NCBI GenBank assembly: GCA_951406725.2
Contig: OX597837.1
Span: 7,874,001 to 7,938,000, forward strand
Reading direction: 5' to 3'
DNA from: Octopus vulgaris
Taxonomy: Eukaryota
Length of the DNA: 64,000 nucleotides
The notes under the pieces are model-generated. The model was not told where the DNA came from, made no database searches, and saw only the letters and a list, made by a program, of their open reading frames with translations. Both the position numbers and the translations under genes were made by a program. Shown here piece by piece: positions 15,171-28,255 of this stretch (positions within the stretch are counted from its first letter, which is position 1; every line of letters starts with the position of its first letter).

Positions 15171-15742
15171 TGTATATATATATATATATGTATGTGTGTA
15201 TATATGTATACATATATGTATGTACATATATATACATATAAGTGCATGTATATATATATGTATATATATATATATGTATATATATATGTGTATATATATA
15301 TGTGTGTGTGTGTGTGTGTATATATATATACACACACACACACACAAATAAACATGAGTGGGTGGACAAATGAAAGAAAGAAGCAGTTGGTAAGACTTAC
15401 CTATATATTTCATCTATTAATAACAGCTTAATTTGGCCCCCGTGCAATTTGAAGTTTCGTTGGCTCATCACACGAACCTAGCTCGTTAGGCTGACGAGAT
15501 AGGTTCACATGCCAAGCCTATGAAACTTTGAGATGCTTGCATCATACGTGCGTGTGTTTGTGTGTCTTTTAAATTCGTTTATCAGAAATGTTTTGAATTT
15601 GCAAATAACACTATTCCATTATGCCGACCACCGTCTAATGATGCTGACAGGTGAACCAGTTTTTCAGGGATGCATCAAGCTTTATCAATATAATAAAGGA
15701 TAAATATAATAATAACAATAATCCTCAGATGGAATTTATACA

Positions 15743-16290
15743 CATCGTCGTTTAACGTCTGCTTTCCATGCTGGCATGGGTTGGACAGTTTGACTGAGGG
15801 CTGGCAAGCCAGAAGAATGCATCAGGCTCCAATCTGATCTGGCAGAGTTTCTGCAGCTGGATGCCCTTCCTAACGCCAACCACTCTGAGAGTGTAGTGGG
15901 TGCTTTTTATGTGCCACCAGCACGAGGGCCTGTCGGGCAATACTGGCATCAACCACGCTTGAATGGAGCTTTTTATATGTCACAGGCATGGGAGCCAGCC
16001 GGGCAGCACAGGCAATGACCATGCTTGAATGGAGCTTTTTATATGCCACCAGCATGGGTGCCAGTCAGGCGGTACTGTCATTGGCCACAACAATGGCTTC
16101 ACCTGACTCCACAGTTCTTCATAAGTGCAGTTTATTGCCCAAGGATTGAAGGGTACTCTTAGATGGGTCGGTTATGCTGCACTGGAGGCCATGGTTACGG
16201 TCTCACTTGGCTTGCCGGGTCTTCTCAAGCACAGCATATCTCCAAAGGTCTCAGTCATTTGTCATTGCCTCCATGAGGCCCAACACTATA
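15743..16290 (-). mobile_element. RTE-type LINE 3' end (family C)
   Basis: Minus strand reads VLGLMEAMTND*DLWRYAVLEKTRQAK* (RTE-like ORF2 C-terminus), then the repeat-containing 3' UTR and a short (GAT) tail. Confidence 0.72.
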
Positions 16291-16520
16291 TAAACATTAT
16301 ATATATATATATATTTATTATTTGAAGGAATAAAATCCAAACTTCAAGGGAAAATATAGCAGCGAAACACGTGTCGTTTTTCTACCTATTTTATACATTA
16401 CATTATTTTTGTAATTTACTTAATCTTTACTTTTTAATTGTTATTTTAACTTTTCTATTACATGTAATTTTCTAGATGGTGTAATTTAATTATTCATTTT
16501 GAATTGATAAAAGGTGTTTT

Positions 16521-16577
<57 letters not shown>

Positions 16578-16778
16578 GCATAGCATTAACAAGAATGGAG
16601 AAAATACCATCTTTAATTGATTAATTAATCACATTTACCTCTAGCTTATATATATGTGTGTGTGTATGCATGTATATATATATCATCATCATCAACATCT
16701 GTTGTCCATACTGGCATGGCTTGGATGGTTTGCTGAGCTGGCAATCTGAGAAGATGCACCAGACTCAAATAAAATATT

Positions 16779-16823
<45 letters not shown>

Positions 16824-17389
16824 GCATACACACATACATACACACAAACATACACACACATGTGTGTGGTCAGGAGCCAAGATAAAAGCACCCAGTGGAA
16901 CCTGTAAAGCTGCTGTCATTTAGAAAGGTATCCAACTGTAGAAACCTTTCTGAAAGAGACAATGGACCTTCACACCGTACTGACTGGTGAGATCCGGTCA
17001 AACTAGCCAACCAATGCTGGCATCAAAACTATACACGCATGTGCGTGTGTGTGTATGTGTGTGTGCATGCATGTGTGTGTGTACTGGTACCAGGAACATA
17101 GAAACCCTGCCAAAGACATTCGGTGCATGGCGTAATCCTCCAAATTGTTAGATCCTCGTTAAAGCAGACACCTACGATAGGATGAAAACTAGACATTAAC
17201 GGATGATGTCCATGACTGGGACAGCCCCAGTCAAACTGTCCAACCCATGCCAGCATGGAAAGCGGATATTAAACAACGATGATGATGATGACGATGAGGG
17301 TGGGCCAAAAGTCAATGCACAAAATGAATTCAATATCTTCAGGAATTTTCAAAGACATGCTTCAATTTTTCTAAAATTGAATAAATAAT

Positions 17390-17798
17390 AGGCGTAGAAG
17401 TGGCTGTGGTAAGTAGTTTGCTTACCAACCACATGGTTCCGGGTTCAGTCCCACTGCGTGGCACCTTGGGAAATTGTCTTCTACTATAGCCTCGAGCCGA
17501 CCAAAGCCCTGAGTGGATTTGGTAGACGGAAACTGAAAGAAGCCTGTCGTATATATGTATATGTATATGTGCGTGTGTATATGTTTGTGTGTCTGTATTT
17601 GTCCCCCTAGCATTGCTTGACAACTGATGCTGGTGTGTTTATGTCCCTGTCACTTTGCGGTTCGGCAAAAGAGACCGATAGAATAAGTACTGGGCTTACA
17701 AAGAATAAGTCCTGGGGTCGAGTTGCTTGACTAAAGGCGGTGCTCCAGCATGGCCGCAGTCAAATGACTGAAACAAGTAAAAGAGTAAAGAGTAAGAG
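17390..17798 (+). mobile_element. SINE family A, full length
   Basis: From ggcgtagaagtggctgtggtaag to gtaaaagagtaaagag. Confidence 0.92.
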
Positions 17799-18131
17799 TA
17801 TACACATTCACACCATCGTATCTACACACACACACACACAGACACACACCATCATATCTACACACACACACACACCAACACATACAGATACACACACACC
17901 ATCATATCCACACACACACACATAGACAGAGGCAGATGCACACAAACACATCATAGGAATTTTAATTTATGCTAATTATTCAAACCAACATAATCATGTG
18001 ACTGCCTAACTAATTAGCTGACACAATCTAATCATCGTTAACTGTACTCAGTTAATGAATAATTGTTTGCGTTTATGTCAAGAGAATATTGAAATGTTCA
18101 GTTCTTATAAATAATAGCTAACACCATTAAA

Positions 18132-18172
<41 letters not shown>

Positions 18173-18290
18173 CGACACACACACAGCCAATATAGCATAA
18201 TAGTGTCTACTAAATAGCCATTCTGCAATATTTTGCAGTAGTGTGTAAGTGTATACATGCAAGCATATACATAAATATATGTAGGTGTAT

Positions 18291-18372
<82 letters not shown>

Positions 18373-18716
18373 TAACTTTGAATATTGCTTTCAGGCAACA
18401 TTCAGGCTTGCTCCTGCAGAGGGCACCTTTGAGGTCTTCTGCCCTCTACCCTTGGGTAATGAAACTTATTTCTGTGAATGTGCTACCGACTGATACTGAT
18501 CATAGTTTAATCAATAAGCGTAGGAGCAAGGTAAATGCAGTAAAAATAGGGGGGAGTCAGTGGGACCCATCTAAGCTGATTTGTGTTTCGTTATCCTTGC
18601 ATCAACTGTCTAGGAGTTAATGAACATAAAAACATAACAGACAGAGAAACATCAATCAAATTTATATTAAGGTGTGTGTGTGTGTGTGTATGTATGTATG
18701 TGTGTGTACCTCCACC

Positions 18717-19131
18717 TGTTTCTTTACTACCCACAAGGGGCTAAACACAGAGGGGACAAACAAGGACAGACAAACAGATTAAGTCAATTACATCTACCCC
18801 AGTCCGTAACTGGTACTTAATTTATCGACCCCGAAAGGATGAAAGGCAAAGTCGACCTCAGCGGAATTTGAACTCAGAACGTAGCAGCAGACAAAATACC
18901 TATTTCTTTACTACCCACAAGGGGCTAAACACTGAGGGGACAAACAAGAACAGACAAGCGAATTAAGTCGATTACATCGACCTTAGTGCGTAACTGGTAC
19001 TTAATTTATCGACCCCGAAAGGATGAAAAGCAAAGTCGATCTCGGCGGAATTTGAACTCAGAACATAGTGGCAGATGAAATACCGCTAAGCATTTCGTCC
19101 GGCGTGCTAACGTTTCTGCCAGTTCGCCGCC
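18717..19131 (-). mobile_element. SINE family B: head plus two 184-bp units, inserted in a family A copy
   Basis: TSD cctccacc at 18709-18716 and 19131-19138; family A 3' half continues at 19139-19328. Confidence 0.9.
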
Positions 19132-19547
19132 CTCCACCATCGCTTGACAACCAATGCTGGTGCGTTTACATCCCCGTAACTTAGTGGTTCAGCAAAAGAG
19201 ACCGATAGAATAAGTACTAGACCTACAAATAATAAATCCTGGGGTCAATTTCTGCAACTAACAAAGCACTTTAAAGGTGGTGCACCAGCATGGCCACAGC
19301 CAAATGACTGAAACAAGTAAAAGAATAAAAGAACACAACAGGCTTCTTTCAGTTTCCATTTACCAAACCCACTCACTAGGTATAGGTTAGCCCCGGGATA
19401 TAATAGAAAACACATGCCTAAAATGCCCCACAGGGGGACAGAACCTAAGACCACAAGCTTGAGAAGGAAACCTCTCAACCACAAGACCAAACCAGGATAT
19501 TAGAACCTTCGCTTTGTATGTCCTTCCTGATCTCTCCCTCACTTCCA

Positions 19548-19915
19548 CTCTCTTTTACTCTTTTACTTGTTTCAGTCAATTGACTGCGGCCATGCTGGAG
19601 CACCGCCTTTAGTCGATTCTTTGTAAGCCCAGTACTTATTCTATCCGTCTCTTTTACCGAACCGCTAAGTGACGGAGACGTAAACACACCATCATCGGTT
19701 GTCAAGCAATGCTAGAGGGACAAACATATACACACACATACAAATATATAGACATATATATGACAGGCTTCTTTCAGTTTCCGTCTACCAAATCCACTCA
19801 CAAGGCTTTGGTCAGCCTGAGGCTATAGTAGAAGACACTTGCCCAAGATGCCACGCAGTGGGACTGAACCCAGAACCATGTGGCTGGTTAGCAAGCTACT
19901 TACCACACAGCCACT
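19548..19915 (-). mobile_element. SINE family A
   Basis: Reverse complement of the consensus with a small internal deletion. Confidence 0.9.
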
Positions 19916-20774
19916 CTCTCTCTTTCACATATGCTGTAATGTCTAGTTTAGTGACTTGAAAGTAGTCAATAAGCTCAGCTTGATGGAGAGATAAAACATA
20001 AACAAGCAAGAGTGAGCAAGGATTGATGCCAAACAGATCAATATGTTTCGTTTTTAGTTGGTCGTCACCTGAGCTGTTATTATGGTTTTAATACCCATCT
20101 TGGGTAGGGCTATGCCTTCTTGGTTGCCTGTATTACTCATACATATAAATTGTAAACACACAGACACATATATGTACATACATATATATAGAAACAGGTA
20201 CATGAATATTTATACATGTATATATACCTATACACACATATATATACCAACAGACAAATATACAAAGATACATTCACACACACACATATATATACCAACA
20301 GACACACATATACACAAACACGCACATATACCAACAGACACATATATACACACACACATATATACATAGATATATAGATATTTATATATGTATACATACC
20401 TACACACATATATATGCGAATACACATATCCATAGATGCACACATACATAAATACATATACACACATATATATGTATACAAACATATACATACATGCACA
20501 GACATACACAGATACACATGCACATATATATATATATATACATACAGATACATGGATATTTATACATGTATATATATCTATACACACAGACACACACATA
20601 CACACACATATATATATACCAACAGACACATATACATATATATGAATACAAACGTATACATAAACACACATATACATAGATACATACACACACATATATA
20701 GATATTTATATATGTATACATAACTACACACATAATATGCAAACACACATATACCGATACATACACACACACAC

Positions 20775-21170
20775 TTTTACTTGTTTCAGCATTTGACTGT
20801 GGCCATGCTGGAGCACTACCTTTAGTCGAGCAAATTGACCCCAGGACTTATTCTTTGTAAGCCTAGTACTTATTCTATCGGTCTCTTTGCCGAACCGCTA
20901 AGTTACGGGGACGTAAACACACCAGCATCGCTTGTCAAGTGATGTTGGGGGGACAAACACAGACACACAAACATATACACACATACATATATATATATAT
21001 ACATATATACGACAGGCTTCTTTCAGTTTCCGTCTACCAAATCCACTCACAAGGCTTTGGTCGGCTCTAGGCTATAGTAGAAGACACTTGCCCAAGGTGC
21101 CATGCAGTGGGACTGAACCCGGAACCATGTGGTTTATAAGTTACTTACCACACAGCCACTCCTACGCCTA
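20775..21170 (-). mobile_element. SINE family A
   Basis: Reverse complement of the consensus. Confidence 0.9.
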
Positions 21171-21401
21171 TAGAAACATATACATACATACACACAGATA
21201 CACACACACACACGTATACACAACTACAAGATTTAATGCTTACATAAGCAGAGTGTTTACTTGTTTCTCTGGGACTGATCAAGTGTTGTAAACATCACTG
21301 ATGAGACCTCAATATGGCTCGAAAATCAATAAAGGATGGTCACTGACATGTTTGTATGTCTAATATGGAAATGCTTGCATGTTTACTAAGAAAGTTATCC
21401 A

Positions 21402-21665
21402 TTTCACTTATTCAGGTCTCTGCAGAATAGTCTTAATGGTAAAAAATTCAATTCCTTGGATGATATAAAAAGATACCTTTATGAATTCTTTGCCATGAAA
21501 CAACCTCAATTCTGGGAAGTGGGTATTTTCAAGTTAAAAAAAAGATGGAGACGCATTGTGCAACAAAATGGTTCATATTTGGTTGATTAAAAATGTAATG
21601 GCAAGTATTTATTGACCTTTTCCTTTCCTTTAAAAATCAGCACAAACTTTCTGGACAAGCCAATA
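21402..21665 (+). pseudogene. mariner transposase C-terminal fragment plus right TIR
   Basis: FHLFRSLQNSLNGKKFNSLDDIKRYLYEFFAMKQPQFWEVGIFKLKKRWRRIVQQNGSYLVD* (stop 21588-21590), followed by the TIR-like cagcacaaactttctggacaagccaata; a similar TIR is at ~45310-45338. Confidence 0.88.
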
Positions 21666-22020
21666 ATTTATCAACCCAGAAAGTATGAAAGGCAAAGTCG
21701 ACCTTGGCGGTGGAATTGAAACTTAGAACGTAGTGACAGGCAAAATACCACTACACATTTCGTCCAGCTCACCGCCTTAATAATAACAACAATATTATTA
21801 TTTTTTTCTACTTTAGGTACAAGGCCTGAAATTTTAGGGAAGCGGGGTCCATTCAATTGGATCAACTGTAGAATGTAAGTGGTACTTAATTTATCGATCC
21901 TGAAAAGATGAAAGGCAAAGTCGACCTCGGCGGAATTGGAACTCAGAACATAGTGACGGGTGAAATACCACTAATCATTTTGTCCAGTGCACTAATGATT
22001 CTGTTAGGTTGCCACCTCAA
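21666..22020 (-). mobile_element. Two older family B copies (B2 tail variant)
   Basis: gatgaaaggcaaagtcgacctcggcggaat core; alternative 3' end ...caggccttgtacctaaagtagaaaaaaataataat. Confidence 0.8.
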
Positions 22021-22661
22021 TAACAACAACAACAGCAATAATGATAAAGAAGTACCAAGGTTCAAGGCCAAAAATTTAGAGAAGAGACAAAGAGAAACAT
22101 TATCAAATATCATCAACTCTTCCATCCACCTCAAGATATAACTGGTATTTTATGAACCTCATAAACAAAATCACATAAAACAAAGTCAACCTAAGAAGGA
22201 CTTGAACTCAGAATATTCAGGAACATAATTTGAAATAATTACCAGCAGGTGCTTTACCTACTGTTCCATCGATCTAATCCTCTTGGTAATAAGGAACGGC
22301 AGAAAAATTTATAAATTCTGTGAAAGGAGAAAAAGGAAAGAAAGAGGCAGAGAGAGAGAGAGAGAGGTGCATGTGCATGCTTGGTGTCATCTGCAAAATG
22401 CATCTTGCAGCAATGCACCATTTCAGCATCACAGGTGCAGCATTAGCAGACAGTTCAAAGAGATAATTGCTTAAATAGTGTAGCAATTAGTAAATTTTAA
22501 TGAAGATAATTTCTGGTGCTGGTGGTGGTGATCGTGTAGGTTGTGGTGTTAGTGGTTTAAAAGTGGTGGTGGTGGTGTTGGCGGCAGTAGTGAATGTTGT
22601 GTTGGTGGTGTTGTGGTAGTAGTGGTAGTGGTGTTGGTGGTAGTGGTAATGGTCGTGTTTT

Positions 22662-23442
22662 AAGACGGCAAGCTGGCAGAAACGTTAGGACGCTGGGCGA
22701 AATGCTCAGCGGTATTTCGTCAGCCGCTACGTTCTGAGTTCAAATTCTGCCGAGGTCGACTTTGCCTTTCATCCTTTCGGGGTCGATAAAATAAGTACCA
22801 TGTACGCACTGGGGTCGATATAATCGACTTAATCCGTTTGTCTGTCCTTGTTTGTCCTCTCTGTGTTTAGCCGCTTGTGGGTAGTAAAGAAATAGGTATT
22901 TCGTCTGCTGCTACGTTCTGAGTTCAAATTCTGCTGAGGTCGACTTTGCCTTTCATCTTTTCGGGGTCGATAAATTAAGCACCAGTTATGCACTGGGGTC
23001 GATATAATCGACTTAATCCGTTTGTCTGTCCTTGTTTGTCCTCTCTGTGTTTAGCCGCTTGTGGGTAGTAAAGAAATAGGTATTTCGTCTGCTGCTATGT
23101 TCTGAGTTCAAATTCCGCTGAGGTCGACTTTGCCTTTCATCCTTTCGGGGTCGATAAAATAAGTACCATGTACGCACTGGGGTCGATATAATCGACTTAA
23201 TCCGTTTGTCTGTCCTTGTTTGTCCTCTCTGTGTTTAGCCGCTTGTGGGTAGTAAAGAAATAGGTATTTCGTCTGCTGCTACGTTCTGAGTTCAAATTCC
23301 GCTGAGGTCGACTTTGCCTTTCATCCTTTCGGGGTCGATTAGATAAGTACCATGTATGCACTGGGGTCAATATAATCGACTTAATCCGTTTGTCCTTGTT
23401 TGTCCTCTCTGATTTTAGCCCCTTGTGGGTCGTAAAGAAATA
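22662..23442 (+). mobile_element. SINE family B: head plus four tandem 184-bp units
   Basis: Units start ggtatttcg at 22711, 22895, 23079 and 23263; 15-bp TSD ggtaatggtcgtgtt at 22645-22659 and 23443-23457. Confidence 0.95.
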
Positions 23443-24086
23443 GGTAATGGTCGTGTTGGTTGTAGTGGTGATGGTGGTGGTGGTGTTGGTACTTGTGGTG
23501 GTGTTAGTGTGGTAATAGTGGTGTTGGTGGTGGTAGTGGTGAAGGTGGTGGTAGTGTCGATGGTGGTGGCAATGGTGTTGATAGTTGTGGTTGTGGTGGT
23601 AGCAGTGGTAGTGGCAGTGACAGTGGTGGTGGTGGTGGTAGTTGTGGTGTTGGCGGTAGCAGTGGTGTTCATGACGTTAGTGGTTTAGAAGGAGTGATTG
23701 TGTTGGTAGCAATGGTGGTATTTGCGATAGTGAAGGTGGTAGTGGTTGCATTGGTGGTGGAGATGGTAGTATTGGTGGTAGTGGTGATGGTCATCATGCT
23801 GATAGTGATAACTGGAGATTGTGTGGAAGCCTGGAAGCCTGTCGTATGTACAATTACTTCTGCAATTGACATCATCACCACAAGCACCAAAACAACCATC
23901 CACACCACCACTACCACCTCAACATGTATCACCACCAACACTGTCACCATAGCCTCATACTGCTGCAAAACAGAGCAAACCAGGGTGCCACCATGTGGTC
24001 AATGAAATTGCTAGAAATAGCTGATAGATCTTTCTCATATCACACCATCTTACAAAACGACACATTGGATAATATATTCCTGTGTG

Positions 24087-24398
24087 TGGAGGCACATGGC
24101 CTAGTGGTTAGAGCAGCGGACTTGCGGTCGAGTGATCGCGGGTTCGAATCTCACGCCGGGCGATGTGCGCGTTTATGAGCGAAACACCTAAGCTCCACGT
24201 GCAACTCCTGGCAGAAGGTAATGGCGAAACTTCTGCTGATTCTTTCGCCACAAATTTCTCTCACTCTTTCCTCCTGCATCTTGCAGCTCACCTGTGACGG
24301 ACCGGCGTCCCATCCAGGTGGGGAACCTACATGCCAAGAAACCAGGAAACCGGCCCTTATGAGCCAAGTATGGCTCGAGAAGGAACAAACAAAAACAA
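24087..24398 (+). mobile_element. tRNA-derived SINE family D2
   Basis: Clear tRNA-like head (tggcctagtggttagagc...gggttcgaatctc); shares its 5' part with D1 but has a different 3' half; A-rich tail. Confidence 0.85.
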
Positions 24399-24802
24399 TA
24401 TTCCCATGTTCCATGCATGCTGGTATGTTTTGATCAAAGGTCTACTGGATCTGGGTTGGCCCAGGGCTAATTGACAACAATTAGGAAAATATGTGTCTTT
24501 CACACCTTTTGATTTTCGTTTCCTACTTTTATATTTCACAGGTAAAATAGTTCATTTGGTGGAACAATTAAATACCTTTCTTTTTCTTTCCTGGTTTTTT
24601 TTTCCTTCACGCTCGAATGAACAAACAGGTGAGTGGATCAATGGATAGGCCCTTCATACCACTAAATTACTCGACTGTGAAGTTACAAATGGTGAACTCT
24701 GGGACTTTCAGTTCAGAATTACCTGCTCGAATCATAAACTAAGTCATTTAAGATAAATAAATAGATTAAATCCAGTCAGTGGGTTTGTTCATTAATCTCT
24801 CA

Positions 24803-24999
24803 TTTCGTTTCAGTCATCTGACAATGGCCATGCTGGAGCACTGCCTTGAGCGGGTTTTAGTCAAACTATTCAACCACAGGACTTATTCTTTGTAAACCTA
24901 GTACTTCTATCAGTCTCTTTTGCCAAACTGCTAAGTTATAGGGACATAAACACACCTACATCAGTTGTCAAGTGATGGTGGGGGGACAAACACAGACAT

Positions 25000-25042
<43 letters not shown>

Positions 25043-25258
25043 GTATATACGATGCACTTTTTTCAGTTTCCATCTATCAAATCCACTCACTGAGGATTGT
25101 TGTGTCTATGTCCCCATAACTTAGCGGTTTGGCAAAAGGGGCTGATAGAATAATTATCAGGTTTAAGAAACAAGTTCTGGGGTTGATACGTTCGACTAAA
25201 ACCCTTCGAGGCAGTGCTCCAGCATGGCCACAGCCAAATGACTGAAACAAGTAAAAGA

Positions 25259-25295
<37 letters not shown>

Positions 25296-25472
25296 CACAG
25301 GATTGGCTGTGTGGTAAGAAGCTTGTTTCCTAACCACATGGTTCCGGGCTCAGTCCTACTAAGTGGCACCGTGGCACCTTGGTTAAGTGTCTTCTATTAA
25401 AACCTCAGGCCAACCAAAGCCTTGTGAGTAGATTTGGTAGACAGAAACTGAAAGAAGCCCATCGTATATATT

Positions 25473-25509
<37 letters not shown>

Positions 25510-25698
25510 CTGTTTGTCCCCTCCCCCATTGCTTGACAACCGATGTTGGTGTGTTTACGTCTCCATACCTTAGCGGTTCAGCAAAAGAGACTGATAGAAT
25601 AAGTACTAGGCTTACAAAGAATAAGTCCTGCGGTCAATTTGTTCGACTAAAAGGTGGTGCTCCAGCATTGCCACAGTCAAATAACTCAAACAAATATA

Positions 25699-25700
<2 letters not shown>
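24803..25700. mobile_element. Cluster of three family A pieces (24803-25092 minus, 25095-25258 plus, 25292-25700 plus)
   Basis: Consensus family A motifs in both orientations. Confidence 0.85.
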
Positions 25701-25732
<32 letters not shown>

Positions 25733-25735
<3 letters not shown>

Positions 25736-25990
25736 GCTGGGATCACCAAGCATAGATTGGCATATTTCGGTCATATTATGTGGAGAGAATCCCTGGAGAA
25801 GGACATCATGCTCGGAATGGTCAGTGGCAAGAGAGGAAGAGGCAGATCAAGAACCCGCTGGCTTGACACCATCAGGAATGATACCGGAATGGACATGGCC
25901 AATCTGAAGGAAGCGGCCCAGGATAGAACTGACTGGAGGACACTGGTCCAACGAGTGACCGAGAGTCGACTTCGACTGAGCGGATAGAGA
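25733..25990 (+). pseudogene. RTE/BovB-clade LINE ORF2 C-terminal fragment
   Basis: LAYFGHIMWRESLEKDIMLGMVSGKRGRGRSRTRWLDTI...DRTDWRTLVQRVTESRLRLSG*, a typical BovB-like terminus. Confidence 0.92.
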
Positions 25991-27624
25991 GAGATATACA
26001 TGCTAGCTGACATACCCGGTAATTCCCGGGAAAGTGGGGCTTATCCCTTGGTTCTATTCTCATAATTGTTTGGCTAATTCAATAACAACAACATCATGAT
26101 CGTAAGCCCAATGCTCTAACTACTGAGCCATGTGTCTTTTCGCACACACACATACACACAGACGGATGGACAGACGGATGGACAGACAGATAGATATTGA
26201 TATACATAAATACACACACACAAACACACAAGGCCAATATAACTTACTCATACAATTTTAAATTTCAGTAATTTTTAGTCTATACAGCAAGATTAATCAA
26301 CTGTGAGAAAGAAATAAGCAAAAGAAAATTATTTAAGTTTTATAAATAGATTTTTGAGATTTTTCATTTCTTATATGTCTGCCATCATTACATACAAGAT
26401 TCGTGACAAAAATCTAAATTTCCCAAAATACGTTTTGGATCTGATTTTTTGGTATACCCTGGGTCACAGACAGTCAGTTTGTATCAGCAGGTCACCAAAA
26501 GAATGATGTTTACTTTGAATAAAATCAGTCTTAATATATATATATATATAGTCATAAAATACAGTGTATATGTAAACACATGAGGAATCCACTTGTGGGA
26601 TTCAACATGCTAGAAAGAACAGCTAGGTTCCATAACCACAAAATTAGGGATAAAATTCGACAGGAACGAAATGAAAAACTAAAAATATCTTACCATCTAG
26701 TTTCCTGGACCAATTGGTTTCTGATTTTAGTTTAGCAAGTAAAATAACGTATACACTCTAGGTGAAATCTTCCTCAGCAGGAACACCTTGGGTTAAATAT
26801 GTAAACACGAGGTGAACAAACTTTGTGCCTCTTGTTTATACGTCCTAATTTTTTCAAAATCTACTGCACAGCCGCAGCCCTTTGCCAGCAATAAAAAATA
26901 CACACAAATTCCTGTTCGAAATATATAGTTTTCAAAGTGACTAGTCACTGATCTATAAATTAGAAAATTACTATTTGTAAATCTCATAACGAGAGGCTAA
27001 ATTACAGGGGCTAAATTACAGCAACATTCGTCCTAAACCAGGACTGCCATGTTATGCTGGTAAACAATCTTTACTCCAAAGTACTGTTGCTGAATATCTC
27101 TCGTTATGAGATTTACAAATAGTAATTTTCGAAAGTAACACTTAGTTTTGTAAGTAAATACCTAACGTCAATTTGGATAAGCTTGAATTTCCGGAACAAG
27201 AAATCAACTAACTGGCTCACAGATTACAAATACAATCTCTAAGCAGAATGGTAAAATTATGCAAGACTTTTCTCAGGTTTAAAATGTGACATCGTTTCCA
27301 TTAGTCACATTCCAAAGATGGAATTCTGTATCTTTGTTAGAAACCAGCTCCTTTTTACAGAACAAGATTTTAAATGGTTAAAAACAGAAGTGAAAGAAAG
27401 TAACATGCATGTATGTATGTATGTTTGTAAAGTCCTTGGGAAATTTAAAACTTTGGTAACTTCAATATGATGGAATTAACCTACAAGTTTTAGTGAAGGC
27501 AATTCAACGGAGAGAAGAAAATCTCTGAAATAAAAACCCATTTGACAAAAACTTACAACCACCTGATACTATTTTGAATGGAAAAACATATGACATGAAC
27601 AAGATGTAGCTTTGCTTACAGACG

Positions 27625-27844
27625 ACTCTTTTACTCTTTTACTTGTTTCAGTCGTTTGAGTGTGGCCATGCTGGAGCACCGCCTTTAGTCGAGCAAATCG
27701 ACCCCAGAACTTAATCTTTGTAAGCCTAGTATTTAATCTATCGGTCTCTTTTACTGAACTGCTAAGTTATGGAGATGTAAACACACCAGCATCGGTTGTC
27801 AAGCAATGTTGGGGGGACAAACACAGACACAAACATATACACAC

Positions 27845-27895
<51 letters not shown>

Positions 27896-28250
27896 CATAT
27901 ATAGGGAAAGTTTATGAAAAAAAACAAAAGACGAAGACAGGTGGTGTACAAAACAAACAGATGTATTAGTATAGCGTTCAGGAATAGAAAAAGTCTTTTA
28001 CATTTTGAGCCTACACTCTTCTACAGAAAGGTACACAGAAAAATCAAGGAGAGAAAAAAATGTGTGTAGTGGCTAACGATCTATCATATATACACAATGG
28101 TCTTCTTTCAGTTTGTGTCTACCAAATCCACTTACATGGCTTTGGTCAGCCCGAGGCTATAGTAGAAGACTCTTGCCCATGGTGCCATGCAGTGGGACTG
28201 AACCCAGAACCATATGGCTGGTAAGCAAGCTACTTACCACATAGCCATGC
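27625..28250 (-). mobile_element. SINE family A interrupted by a ~185-bp insertion (27903-28086)
   Basis: Both halves match the consensus; the insert is the reverse complement of 50325-50511. Confidence 0.85.
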
Positions 28251-28255
28251 TTATA

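Noticed and set aside
21292-21350. Hammerhead core CTGATGA-gacc...ggctc-GAAA
   Set aside because: Stem II is bulged and stems I and III cannot be completed without assuming indels; at best a decayed relic.
22711-22894. Self-cleaving ribozyme inside the family B unit
   Set aside because: I found no complete CUGANGA...GAAA hammerhead core on either strand and could not fold an HDV-like pseudoknot by eye.
24087-24165. tRNA gene
   Set aside because: It continues straight into a SINE body with homologs elsewhere; the acceptor stem is not intact.
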